Origin: Bdellovibrionota bacterium | GTDB lineage: Bacteria > Bdellovibrionota > UBA2428 | Assembly (NCBI GenBank): GCA_964201665.1 | Contig: CAXNEW010000006.1 | Location: 1 to 60,504, forward strand | Reading direction: 5' to 3' | DNA length: 60,504 nt | Part shown: piece by piece, positions 17,602-27,639 of the stretch | Numbering within the stretch: the stretch's first letter is position 1 | Layout: every line of letters starts with the position of its first letter | Translations under genes and position numbers: made by a program | Notes under the pieces: model-generated | What the model was told of the DNA's origin: nothing | What the model saw: the letters and a program-made list of their open reading frames with translations, nothing else | Databases searched by the model: none

Positions 17602-19764
17602 ATGAAAGACGATGATACAAAAAATCCCACTGAATCCTTAAGTGATATTCAGAGTGAAGGTGGTTTGTTAAGTCCACGCGCTCTTTTGGGTGATCGCGAG
17701 CTCGAGCGCAGGGCCTCAGACAAAGTGCTTTTGCGATTGGAAAAAGGAATTCTTCCAGGGGCGCTGGCTTCTAAATTGGGTTTAAATCCTTTTGAGCCCC
17801 GCTCAAGCGGCCCTCGGAGTCAGTTGCCTCCCTTGGTCCTGGGGCCCTTTTCGCTTGAAGCGATTCAGGCATGGATTGCCGAGGGGGCTTTACCGCCCAC
17901 AGATTATATTCAAAAACCCTATGATCGATGGCGAATGTTAGTAACGGTATTTCCGGAGCTCAGCCACCAAATGACCCAAATTACAGATAGTGGTTCTGAA
18001 AAACCAGAAGATCAAACTCTTTCTCTTAGCTCTCAAGCAGGATTCGATACCGAAAAAAATTCTCTTGAAATGGATTCCACCCGAGTTGAAGATTCGAGCT
18101 CTCGAGAGGTTTCGAATTCCGGATTGAAAGTTGAAATCGACAATCCTGAAGAGCACGAGGGGCCGAGTTTAAGTCTTGAAGAGTCTCCTGAAGAAAGTGA
18201 ATCTTCAAAAAAAGTTTCAAAGCAAGATTCAAAACTCGATTCAACTAAACAGAGTAACCCGGCAGCAGCAGCTGGTCCCCAAGTTTTAGTTGGAGGAGCG
18301 GCCGCAACTGTAAAAATTCGGTTGAGTGATCCTCGCTTTGAACGGGTTCGAAACGTTTATTTTGAATACGATCCTATTCGGTTTTCTTTTTTAATTTTCA
18401 TTTTGGTAGTGGTGAGCGGAATCTCTTATTGGTTGACCCTCCAAGTAAAAAAGCAGTCAGAACCCTTGTCACAGGTTGCCGAACTCAAAGGCCAAGACTC
18501 CGAAAGCCCAGAGATTGTCTCAAACTTGGAATCCGTGCCCTCCAGTTGGCCACCGAATTTGAGGCCCCTGGAGGTGTCTAGCTTAAGGTTGAGCGATGAC
18601 CCACTTGTAGAGCGGATTCGGCCAATTTTAAATTCATATGAAAGTGGAGTGACTCGGTTGTCTCCTTCGGAAGAGCAAATCTTGCAGTCCTTTTCGCAGG
18701 CGGGGACCTCTTCCTGGGAGGCTCGGAGGCTTGCAGCAAATCGATTGGCCATTTTTTATGTCTCCACAAATCGGCTTTCAGAGTCACAAAAAACTCTTGA
18801 GCCCATTTTTGCGGCCGTACCCGGTGATCAGCTGACCCTGCTAAATTTGTCTCTTATTTCATTTATCGAAGGTGATTGGAAAAGGGCTCGAGAGCTTTCT
18901 GAATCTGCACTTCGGTTGAGTGGTCCAGAGTTTCGATGGATCGCTCAATCTCTTTGGGGGCTCATCATTGGTGCTGGTCCCACAAAAAATCAGACGGGCG
19001 CAAACAATGCCTTTATGAAAGCCTTAGAATCCTCTCCCAACAATGGACTTGTTTTTGGGCTTTGGATTCGGGCCCTCACCCAAGGACCTCAAAGCCCAGA
19101 ACTCTCCAAGCTAAAAAATCTCGTAAAAAGAACCCTTTGGTCTGATCCAGATCGCCTGGTGGATTCACCTATTCCAGCCCCCTTCGGCGGCCATATTTTG
19201 CAGGCCGAGAGTCTTCTAGGTTTTGAAAAAGTCATCGACTATTTTCCGAACGTACAGGATCTTTCATTGGCACATAGAAACTATTTACGATGGCTTGACC
19301 CAAGAAATCGTTTGAACCCTCTTTCCAATAAAATTGAAGGACTTCAAAGCCAGCTTGTGGCCGAGGGTAGTGAGCTTTCGAAAATTTTGTTTGGTTACAC
19401 CTTGGCAAAGGAAAATAAATTTGAAGAGTCCTCTCAAATCCTGACTGAAACACTGAACAAGATTCCAACAAATTCGGATGAGTTTGGAAGTATTCGAAGT
19501 TCCTGGCCTTGGGCTCTGGCCGGGGATGTTTTGTTTGAGCTGGGCCAATGGGATCGGTCTCGAGTTTTTTTTGAATAGGCGCTCCTTATAAATTCAAATG
19601 ATGTTTCCGCTGTCTGGGGAATGGCTCTTTATCATAGACAAAAGGAAAATTTTGTTGCGGCTGAGCAGAAGTTGCAAGAAACCCTTGCTCTAGATCCCAA
19701 TTTTGTTCCCGCGAGGTTGAGGCGCACCCGCTTGGACTGGCACCGTCGTTTTAACAGAGAATGA
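17602..19764 (+). CDS. GYF_2-like/TM/TPR protein with an in-frame TAG at 19576-19578 (frame continues to TGA 19764)
   Basis: LGPFSLEAIQAWIAEG GYF_2-like motif; central TM; TPR pattern continues after the TAG (ALLINSNDVSAVWGMALY..ALDPNF). Confidence 0.7.
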
Positions 19765-20058
19765 AATCATTTCAGGAAACTGATCTGCGGGCACGCTTCG
19801 TTTTTTGAGGGCTCGAATGTATTTTTCAAGAAGTTCGGACTTTTGAAACTCAAGCTCTTGACGCCAAGTAGGGTCAGGTACCCTAAGGCACAAAACCTTT
19901 TTTCCGCTTTGAGTTTGTATTCCGTGAAACTCACTGACCTTTAAGACTCCCGGACCTGCGCACTCTTTCCAGGCATCAAGAATTTTAAAAGCGCCAACTC
20001 CAGACAAAAGCCCCCCGATTCGACGGGGCAAATCATTTTTTCGTTCAAACTCCGCCAC
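19690..20058 (-). CDS. DUF721/DciA-family protein
   Basis: DAWKECAG..VLCLRVPDPTWRQELEFQKSELLEK; GTG 20058 avoids overlap with lptE. Confidence 0.75.
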   Translation of the reverse strand: MAEFERKNDLPRRIGGLLSGVGAFKILDAWKECAGPGVLKVSEFHGIQTQSGKKVLCLRVPDPTWRQELEFQKSELLEKYIRALKKRSVPADQFPEMISFSVKTTVPVQAGAPQPRGNKIGI

Positions 20059-20130
20059 CTCTTGATTTTTAATCTTGATTGAACCCAACCGAAAGGACTT
20101 ATGTAATCCTTGGTGAAAAGCCTTGCTGCT

Positions 20131-20775
20131 ATGAATTGTTTCTTGGGTTTTGCCTTCTTTGTTTTGCTTATGAGCCAAACTCATTGTTCCTATTCGCTGC
20201 GTCGAAATCAGATAAATTTTTCGCAGATTCGCACTTATGAGGATCGTGACACCCGCGCTTTTATTCCGATTCCAGAAAATTTTACCACGCGCTTGGGGCC
20301 TGAAATTGCTCTGGTTCAGGCAATGCGCGAAAGGTTTACTGGAATTAAGGGAATTGATGTTGTCGATAGTCCCGAAGAGGCGGATTTTTTTTTGATTGGG
20401 CGCCTTAGAAATTATGAGCAAGTCCAGGGGGCCTCGCCGCTACTTGGAACTTCCCAGTCTGCTGCCGGAGGAGGATTAGGTTCGGGGCAAATTTTTTCTT
20501 CGACTTTTGCGGTGAGTTGGGTGGTGGATATTGAAGTTGTCGAGGTTGTTCAACCCGGTAATATTAATTCTCCAAAACGAACTTTGTGGATTCGCCAGTT
20601 CAGAAAAGAATCGAGTTTTCCGGCCTCACAAAGAACTTATGTTTCTGGGGGAAGATTAGATTCAGGCTCTTCGTCTGCTACGCACATTAATGAGGCCCGA
20701 GAAAAACTTCTTTGGGATACCATGGCCGACGAGCTTACCACCCAAATTCTTGATCAGGTGGCTCAGGATTTCTAG
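20131..20775 (+). CDS. lptE: LptE-like LPS-assembly lipoprotein
   Basis: Signal peptide with Cys (HCSY); FIPIPENFT; C-terminal helix; position upstream of holA-rpsT. Confidence 0.7.
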   Translation: MNCFLGFAFFVLLMSQTHCSYSLRRNQINFSQIRTYEDRDTRAFIPIPENFTTRLGPEIALVQAMRERFTGIKGIDVVDSPEEADFFLIGRLRNYEQVQGASPLLGTSQSAAGGGLGSGQIFSSTFAVSWVVDIEVVEVVQPGNINSPKRTLWIRQFRKESSFPASQRTYVSGGRLDSGSSSATHINEAREKLLWDTMADELTTQILDQVAQDF

Positions 20776-20788
20776 GGCGGAGAAAAAA

Positions 20789-21814
20789 ATGAAAGCATCT
20801 CAGGCTCCCATTTCGAATTTAGACTTTTTTAAAAAGTATTTTGATGCAAATGGAGCACCTCTTCGCACGATGCCTCAAATTTGTTTACTCCTTGGAGAAG
20901 ATGCTTTTATTGAAAAACAAATCAAAGAGGGTTTTAAAAAAAATAGTTTTGAAGTTCATTCCTACACCTGCAAAAAAACTGGAGTCGACGGCGCATTGGT
21001 CGATTTATGTGCGGGCACTTCTCTTTTTAGTCCACAGATTTTTGTTTGGGCCGATCAGCTTTCTGCGCCCTCGGGTTGGGATCGTGAAGGTAAAGAAAAT
21101 TGGGAGCAGCTTTCGAGTAAACTCGCAGATCCCAATCTTTCAGTTTTTTTTAGGGCCCCAGCAGATAAACGAATTCAGTGGAGTTCTTTGGGCATTCCAT
21201 TGACCGTTCAGCTCTCGGCACCGGGGCAACTCAGTCGGAATGAACTTGAATTTTGGGCTCAGTGGATGTGTGAATCTAAAAAAATTAAACTTGAACCCGA
21301 AAAAATGGAGTTTCTTTTTAGCCTCGAAATGAACTCCCTTTTTGAGCTTGAGCAGAATTTAGAATTTTGGGATTTGGGCGGAGACACTTGGGCCGCGCGA
21401 GCTTTGGGTTGGGGCAAAAAATCTTCAAGCGCGAATCTGAGTTCTAATGAAAATCCGGCCTTTGCTTGGGTGGATGCTGTTCTAAGGGGGGATCGGCGGT
21501 CTGCGCTCTTGGGGCTTCGTGAGCTTGAAAATGATGGGGCAGAAGCCTTACCGTTACTGGGTTTACTCTCTAAATCATTAAGAATTTTGGCAGACCTCGA
21601 AATGGGTATTGAGGCGCCAAGCACTCAACCAAGTTTTTTAATTCAAAAAATTAAAAAAACGCGAAGTGAACTTCAACGCAAGGGGCAGGGGCGACGCGGA
21701 CAAACTTTACTTAAAAAATGCGCAGAGTTGGACCTTAAACTCAAAGGAATGGCCGGAGGAATTTCAATGCCGGCAAAAATGGGAATAAGAAACTTCGCCG
21801 TTTTGTGTAACTGA
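20789..21814 (+). CDS. holA: DNA polymerase III delta subunit
   Basis: LLLGEDAF, SLF motif, AFAWVDAV..ELDLKLKG; lptE-holA-rpsT synteny. Confidence 0.8.
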   Translation: MKASQAPISNLDFFKKYFDANGAPLRTMPQICLLLGEDAFIEKQIKEGFKKNSFEVHSYTCKKTGVDGALVDLCAGTSLFSPQIFVWADQLSAPSGWDREGKENWEQLSSKLADPNLSVFFRAPADKRIQWSSLGIPLTVQLSAPGQLSRNELEFWAQWMCESKKIKLEPEKMEFLFSLEMNSLFELEQNLEFWDLGGDTWAARALGWGKKSSSANLSSNENPAFAWVDAVLRGDRRSALLGLRELENDGAEALPLLGLLSKSLRILADLEMGIEAPSTQPSFLIQKIKKTRSELQRKGQGRRGQTLLKKCAELDLKLKGMAGGISMPAKMGIRNFAVLCN

Positions 21815-21830
21815 AAAACCAAACTCAGAA

Positions 21831-22229
21831 CTATTTGGAAGAGCGTGAACTAGCTTTAGGCTTTGCTTTTGCGCTTTTAGCTTTTGGGGCACTTGCAGCG
21901 GGCTTTTTGGCCTTTGAAGCTTTAGGTGCCGGAGCAGTGACCACTTCTGGAGTCTTCGCCATAGCCGAAGACAAAGAAGAAAATTTCTTCATGAGTCTGG
22001 AAATTCTTCGGGCAGCTGCTCGGTGGTGCATAACCCCTTTGTTCGAGGCTTTTGAAATCAAAGACACGGCTTCGCGAAGCGATGTGACTGCCGTTGGCCC
22101 GGGAGAATTCGTCATGGTTTCTTTTGCAGATCGAATGGCCGTTTTAACCTGGTTACGAGCGGCTGTATTACGAAGGGTTCTGCGCACCGTTTGACGCGCA
22201 CGTTTTTTTGCGGATTGAATATTTGCCAT
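21831..22229 (-). CDS. rpsT: 30S ribosomal protein S20 with Lys/Ala-rich C-terminal tail
   Basis: MANIQSAKKRARQ..KGVMHHRAAARRISRL. Confidence 0.97.
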   Translation of the reverse strand: MANIQSAKKRARQTVRRTLRNTAARNQVKTAIRSAKETMTNSPGPTAVTSLREAVSLISKASNKGVMHHRAAARRISRLMKKFSSLSSAMAKTPEVVTAPAPKASKAKKPAASAPKAKSAKAKPKASSRSSK

Positions 22230-22278
22230 GGAGAAGCTGTCGTAGTCGGTTTAAGGCTTCAGTGTCAACGCTTTTGCA

Positions 22279-23139
22279 TTAGCTTTGCGAGGCCTTTACT
22301 CGTTGCCAAAGATTTTCCCAGTCTTCAGCGCTGAGCTTTTTGGTGTCCAGGTTTTCGCGAGTCGCTAAATCCAAAATCTTCAAAAATCGCTTTTCAAATT
22401 TGTTAATGGCCTGGGTTAAAATTTGCTCACCATCGAGTCCCGTTTTTCGAATCCACTGGGTTGATGCAAAAAGGAGGTCTCCCATCTCTTCCTGAGCCTG
22501 TTCCGAGGTGGAGGCCCCCAAAAACTCATTCAATTCTTCTTGGATTTTTTCAGTGATATCTTCAGGTTTTTCCCAATCAAAGCCCATGGAGGCGGCTTTT
22601 TCGCCCATTCTTTGGGCTCGAAGCAAGGCGGGTAGACCTTTAGGGATATCGGCAAAGGTATGAGATTTTTTTTCTTTAATTTCGGGTGTTTGTGACTTTG
22701 ATGAATTTAAGTTTTGTTGGCGTCCATAGGCTTTTATGCTTTCCCAGGCAGCGGAAACTTCACCAGCGGTTTTGAACTTTTTAAAATGGGGGTCGAAGAC
22801 GTGGGGGTGGCGGAGTCTGATTTTGTCGGCAGCGGCCTGGGCCAATTGATTTAAGTTGGGGCCCCAGCCTTTTTCAGAAGCAATTTGGCAGTGTAGTCCT
22901 ACCTGTAAAAGCACGTCGCCGAGTTCCTCCCAGGTATCGGGCGAAACAGGTCCCTTGGATTCAAGGCATTCAAGGAATTCGTGGACCTCCTCCAGAAGGT
23001 ATTTGGTTAAACTTTGGTGATTTTGCTCAAGGTCCCAGGGGCAGCCTGTGGCGGGGTCCCTTAGGGCCTTGATGGCTTCAATAAAGGAATGAAGTCCAAA
23101 GAACTCGGGTTTTGGGGGCGGGCTATCCTGCAGGCTCAT
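22279..23139 (-). CDS. mazG: Nucleoside triphosphate pyrophosphohydrolase MazG
   Basis: LRDPATGCPWDLEQ, EELGDVLLQV, RHPHVF, GFDW, EEMGDLLF. Confidence 0.95.
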   Translation of the reverse strand: MSLQDSPPPKPEFFGLHSFIEAIKALRDPATGCPWDLEQNHQSLTKYLLEEVHEFLECLESKGPVSPDTWEELGDVLLQVGLHCQIASEKGWGPNLNQLAQAAADKIRLRHPHVFDPHFKKFKTAGEVSAAWESIKAYGRQQNLNSSKSQTPEIKEKKSHTFADIPKGLPALLRAQRMGEKAASMGFDWEKPEDITEKIQEELNEFLGASTSEQAQEEMGDLLFASTQWIRKTGLDGEQILTQAINKFEKRFLKILDLATRENLDTKKLSAEDWENLWQRVKASQS

Positions 23140-23156
23140 GGCGCAGAGCCTCTAAT

Positions 23157-23221
23157 ACTTCGCTTTCTTTCTCAAGCACTTCGCTTTCTTTCTCAAGGCG
23201 GGGGGGGATTTTTGCCGATAA
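23157..23221 (+). promoter_or_regulatory. sigma28-type promoter with G8 spacer tract, preceded by a 21-bp tandem duplication
   Basis: ACTTCGCTTTCTTTCTCAAG twice (23157-23197); G8 at 23200-23207; GCCGATAA at 23214-23221. Confidence 0.65.
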
Positions 23222-23237
23222 CAAACCATAGGCCTCT

Positions 23238-25619
23238 ATGGGATCAACAAACAAAACTGCCCAAAATTTAAGAGATTTAGGTAGGGGTCCCCTTGTCCGT
23301 TTGGGGCGCCAGTTAAGGGTTTACGCGCGTAAATCCTATCTCGAAGAGTTTGGGGCTTGCCTGATTGTAAGTTCCTTTGTGATTTTTATGGTCCGAACGC
23401 CCACGGGCGGAAATCAAACTCCGGTTTTCAAAACAGGCGAGATAGCAACAGAAACCGTAAGGGCTGATAACTTGTTTTTAGTTACAGATTCGGAGCAGGC
23501 AAAATCCGATAAAGCCCAGTTTTTGTCGGGCGTGGCCCCAGTCTATGATTTGGATTCTGAGGCCGTTTCACTTTGGATGGATCGCTGGCAGTTGGCCATA
23601 AAAGCAGTGCGTAAACTGGCGAGGTCCAATTTTAAAAATCAAAAAAAAGTTTTTGAAGAAAAACTTGGATTTACCATTTCTGATGAAGAATTTTTGATTT
23701 TGTCGAAACTGGGATTTTCGCCGGAACTTGAAAAATCAATTTCATTTTCGCTGGGTCCTTTGTGGGATTTGCGAATTGTTGAAAATAAAAACTTTGGCGC
23801 AGCTTCGGTTGAAATTGTTGATATCAAATCGGCTAAAGTTTCTTTTTTAAAACCCAATGAAATGAGTTTTTTAATTGGAATTGAAGAGGCAAGGGCCCTT
23901 GTTGGTCGCGCTTCAAAAACCCGCTCGCGCACCCAAACCGATCGGGTGCGTTTGCCGTGGTCTGCCTGGCCCGATGAAGCCCGCGGAGTTGTTTTTAGTA
24001 TTCAGGCCCGCCTTGTTCAGCCCAATGTCACACTCAATCGAAAAGAAACTGAAGTTCGCCGAGACGAAGCTCTTAAAGATTTTAAGCCCTCGATGGCCCA
24101 AATCGAAAAGGGCGAGGTCATTGTGCGAGAGGGAGAAAAGGTTTCAAAACGCGCCAATCTCATTTTGGAAGAGTTATCAAAACTCAACAAAGGAAATTTT
24201 AATTTTGGATTTATTCCCTTTGAAATTTTTTTGGCAACTTTGTCGTTTTGGTTTGTTTTTGTTTTTTTGAGAAAACAGTTTCCCCGATCACTTGGAAAGC
24301 CCAAAGATTTGTTTGTATTGGGTGTCGGAATTATCGCAAGTGTTGCCACCCTAAAACTTGTTTCTATGTTTCAGCTCGAGGTTGTTGCTGAAGCCGTGCC
24401 GATATTGCCACCGGAATTTTTCCTGTTTTGTATTCCTATTGCAGCCCCAGCAATGGTTTTGCGTTTACTTGTGGGGGTACCACTAGCAGCCCTGTTCAGT
24501 TTGATATTTGGCACTTCAGTGGCCCTTATGCTTGGTGGAGCAGGACTCTTTGGTTTACATGTCGTGATCTCGGGTCTCATGGCAAGTCACTTTTTGAAAT
24601 CTTCTCGTACACGTTCAGATTTACATTGGGCTGGCACAAAAACCGCATTCGTAATGGCGCTTTCAGCTTTGGGAGTTTTAGGGGCTTGGGGTGGTCATAT
24701 TCCAGGAGGAGCTGGAATTTTTCAGCTCGAGACTCGCGAAAATATTCATCTCGGAGTGCGAATTTTGTGGATAGGTTTCGGCGGCCTTTTGGCGGGTTGG
24801 GTTTCAACTGCTTTAACCTTGTTTTTAACACCGCTTTTAGAAAATATTTTAGACTACACAACCGATCTTAAACTTCTCGAACTTGCTCGCATGGATCATC
24901 CGTTGCTTAAAGAACTCGTGTTAAAAGCTCCAGGAACTTATCACCATTCCATTATTGTCGGATCTTTGGTGGAAGCCGGTGCCGAGGCCATTGGCGCAAA
25001 CTCCTTACTTGCTCGGGTTGGCTCCTACTATCATGATATTGGAAAAATGAATCGTGCTGAGTACTTTGTTGAAAATCAATCAGGAAATCTAAGTCCGCAT
25101 GATACGATGTCACCTCAGCTTTCTGCAAAACTTATTATCTCCCATGTTAAAGAGGGCAGGGTTCTGGCTGAAGAACATAAGCTGGGCCAAGACTTAATAG
25201 ATTTCATTGAGCAACATCATGCCACAACTGTTGTGACTTTTTTCTATAACAAAGCCAAACAAGAAGCTGCTAAACCGGGTTCAAAAATTGCACCTGATGA
25301 AATTCGCGAAGCTGATTTCAGATACCCTGGGCCCAAACCCCAAACCCGAGAAGCGGCAATAATGGCCCTGGCAGATTCGTGTGAAGCTGCCACTCGGTCC
25401 CTGGTTGAACCCACTCCGGCTCGTATTGAAGGACTCGTAAATAAAATTATTAATCGCGCCCTAAATGAGGGGGTTCTGGACGAAGCCGATATCACCTTTG
25501 CCGAAGTTAACCTGGTTTCAAAGGCATTTTTAAGAATTCTCTTGAGTATTCATCACAATAGAATTCAATATCCTGATCAAGAAAAGGGTTTGCCTGCACC
25601 CTTTAAAAAAGAAGCCTAA
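23238..25619 (+). CDS. 7TM-HD (7TMR-HDED) phosphohydrolase, PgpH-like cyclic-di-nucleotide phosphodiesterase
   Basis: Extracytoplasmic domain with KGEVIVREGE; 7 TMs; APGTYHHS, YYHDIGK, FRYPGPKPQT, ADSCEAA. Confidence 0.9.
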   Translation: MGSTNKTAQNLRDLGRGPLVRLGRQLRVYARKSYLEEFGACLIVSSFVIFMVRTPTGGNQTPVFKTGEIATETVRADNLFLVTDSEQAKSDKAQFLSGVAPVYDLDSEAVSLWMDRWQLAIKAVRKLARSNFKNQKKVFEEKLGFTISDEEFLILSKLGFSPELEKSISFSLGPLWDLRIVENKNFGAASVEIVDIKSAKVSFLKPNEMSFLIGIEEARALVGRASKTRSRTQTDRVRLPWSAWPDEARGVVFSIQARLVQPNVTLNRKETEVRRDEALKDFKPSMAQIEKGEVIVREGEKVSKRANLILEELSKLNKGNFNFGFIPFEIFLATLSFWFVFVFLRKQFPRSLGKPKDLFVLGVGIIASVATLKLVSMFQLEVVAEAVPILPPEFFLFCIPIAAPAMVLRLLVGVPLAALFSLIFGTSVALMLGGAGLFGLHVVISGLMASHFLKSSRTRSDLHWAGTKTAFVMALSALGVLGAWGGHIPGGAGIFQLETRENIHLGVRILWIGFGGLLAGWVSTALTLFLTPLLENILDYTTDLKLLELARMDHPLLKELVLKAPGTYHHSIIVGSLVEAGAEAIGANSLLARVGSYYHDIGKMNRAEYFVENQSGNLSPHDTMSPQLSAKLIISHVKEGRVLAEEHKLGQDLIDFIEQHHATTVVTFFYNKAKQEAAKPGSKIAPDEIREADFRYPGPKPQTREAAIMALADSCEAATRSLVEPTPARIEGLVNKIINRALNEGVLDEADITFAEVNLVSKAFLRILLSIHHNRIQYPDQEKGLPAPFKKEA

Positions 25620-25647
25620 ATAGAAATTAGATAATGAAAATTACCGA

Positions 25648-26148
25648 ATGAAAATTAAAATCACTTGGGAAATAGCAAAAGGCGAAAAAACCTATTCTGT
25701 TTCTGCCAAAAAAATTCAAAATTGGTTTCAAAAAATAAGTCCCGCAATAAGAGAACTTCCCCAGTTTGCAGACACCGTCAAAACTTTAGGATTTAGGCCG
25801 GCATCGGTTAATCTTCTGGTTTGTGACGATGTGATCATGCGAGACTATCAAAAAAAATTTCGAAAACTTGACCGTACAACCGACATCTTGAGTTTTCCGG
25901 CTATTGAATCCGTGCGCCCCCAGGATTTCGCTGCAGACAAAAGCTTGGGTGATTTAATCATTTCTCTCCCGGCGGTCGTTCGCGGGGCCAAAAGGCGCAA
26001 ACCCAGAAGCGTGCCAAAGGAATTTCAGGAAGTTTTGATTCACGGATGCTTGCACCTGCTTGGACTTGACCACGTGCGAACAAAAAAAGAAGCCCGCCTG
26101 ATGCGGGCCTATCAAAAACAAATATTAAAAAAAATTCCTGGAGAATGA
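25648..26148 (+). CDS. ybeY: rRNA maturation endoribonuclease YbeY
   Basis: TDILSFP, LGDLIIS, IHGCLHLLGLDH. Confidence 0.93.
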   Translation: MKIKITWEIAKGEKTYSVSAKKIQNWFQKISPAIRELPQFADTVKTLGFRPASVNLLVCDDVIMRDYQKKFRKLDRTTDILSFPAIESVRPQDFAADKSLGDLIISLPAVVRGAKRRKPRSVPKEFQEVLIHGCLHLLGLDHVRTKKEARLMRAYQKQILKKIPGE

Positions 26149-26159
26149 ACCAAAAAACT

Positions 26160-27521
26160 TTAGGGGAATCTAAGGGCGAAACTTCCCTGGCGCCCTTCGG
26201 GTTTTCCAGCTTCTGCCTTCTTAATATAACCAATAAAGGCCACTGAGCCGTCACGAGCTACATGAAAACTATTGAGATGTCCATAATCTGGAACCGACTG
26301 AGATAAATCAAATTTGTATAAATTAACATTGGCGATATCGAGCATTTGGATTGCTTGATTTGCGGGTCCCAAATCGGTAACGGCGTAAGCATTTAGAGGG
26401 TCCAAGTAGGCCCTATCACTGAAAGCCATTTGTCCGACAACCTTTTGGTAAATTAAATCGATGACTTCGGCGACTCCCTCGCCCTTAATTCCTCGATAAA
26501 CGGTTTGACCGTACTCACTGATTTGAACTTGGGAGTGATCGGACCTCGCCCAGCCTTCATTTACTAATTTCAGAAGGTTTCCATTTTTGGAGTCAAAAAC
26601 AAAAATGCCAGCCTTAGAATTTATAACAATCTGGTCGGCAATATTAGGAATCAAAATTTGCCCCTCTGAAATCGTTTTTGATTGTTGGTTAGTTAAGTTG
26701 GTACCAAGCTTAAGAGTTAGTTTCTTAGAACCACCGGTTCCCTCAAGGCTCGCTATTCGAATCACCAACACATCATCGCTTAAGTCTAAGTCGTTGCCTG
26801 AAAGATGCCTCAATACGATTTTTTTGCCGTCTTGAGATTGGATTAAATTGGAACCCCTTAAAGGAACTAGTTTGGTTTCTCCATTGTTTATAACAAATTT
26901 GTAAACTGTCTTTTGGAAGTCTTGAAGTAAAAGAGTCACTTCTCCCTTGTCGCTTGAGTGGATTCCCATTTCAAAAAGATCAGTGCGCGCGCTTATAGGC
27001 TCAAGAATATCACCCGTTTGATTTTCAACCGCACCGGCAAAAATCTTCACGGGTTTTGGCTTTGTCGCCTGAGTATCAAGGGAATAAACTCCAATGGATC
27101 CTTGTTTTTCACGAACTACAAAAAAGATCTGTTTACCGTTGGGAGAAGTGTTTCGAGCAAGAAGCTCGCCTTTGTAGGTAAATCGAAAAGGTTTAGCCTT
27201 TGTAAAATCAGTCTCACCTTCGGGCATTTTAAAGAAAATCAAATTCGAAGTGCTCTGAGTCGTGTTAGCGGAAAGCATCCAGCGTCCGTTAGGGGACACA
27301 AGATCCATGGGGCCCGCTTTAAAATCTTCGGGGAGGGGGTCAATTTTCAAGCCCAGTCCTTGTCCGTTAACTGACTTAGAAAAGATTTTATGTAAATCGT
27401 CTGAATTTCCGTCGCCAAAACAATACCGTCCGCCACCGCCTGCAAAGACAGAACCTGCGGTACTAAGAAGTCCTAAAAATAAAAAACTACAAACTAAACT
27501 TCTAACTCTAACTTTAAGCAT
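26160..27521 (-). CDS. Secreted hypothetical protein, probable beta-propeller
   Basis: Signal peptide; repeated SPNG/SQDG/SEYG/ARDG blade-like turns. Confidence 0.55.
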   Translation of the reverse strand: MLKVRVRSLVCSFLFLGLLSTAGSVFAGGGGRYCFGDGNSDDLHKIFSKSVNGQGLGLKIDPLPEDFKAGPMDLVSPNGRWMLSANTTQSTSNLIFFKMPEGETDFTKAKPFRFTYKGELLARNTSPNGKQIFFVVREKQGSIGVYSLDTQATKPKPVKIFAGAVENQTGDILEPISARTDLFEMGIHSSDKGEVTLLLQDFQKTVYKFVINNGETKLVPLRGSNLIQSQDGKKIVLRHLSGNDLDLSDDVLVIRIASLEGTGGSKKLTLKLGTNLTNQQSKTISEGQILIPNIADQIVINSKAGIFVFDSKNGNLLKLVNEGWARSDHSQVQISEYGQTVYRGIKGEGVAEVIDLIYQKVVGQMAFSDRAYLDPLNAYAVTDLGPANQAIQMLDIANVNLYKFDLSQSVPDYGHLNSFHVARDGSVAFIGYIKKAEAGKPEGRQGSFALRFP

Positions 27522-27639
27522 GTGACCTCCGGGTCCAGATTTTACTTTGACGAAACGTTCTTGAGAAACTCATGGTTAACAAAATCAAGGTTTTGGGGTC
27601 AACTTGAAAGTCTGCTTTGGCTGGCCTACAAACGCAAAT

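Noticed and set aside
19690-20421. 243-aa ORF overlapping lptE
   Set aside because: Only the C-terminal part (from GTG 20058) resembles DciA; the rest is antisense to lptE.
26149-27639. Gene-end duplication around the beta-propeller gene between ybeY and prfB (also checked around fic-phd)
   Set aside because: I could not find a repeated tail of the neighbouring genes by eye; the genes may still be accessory.
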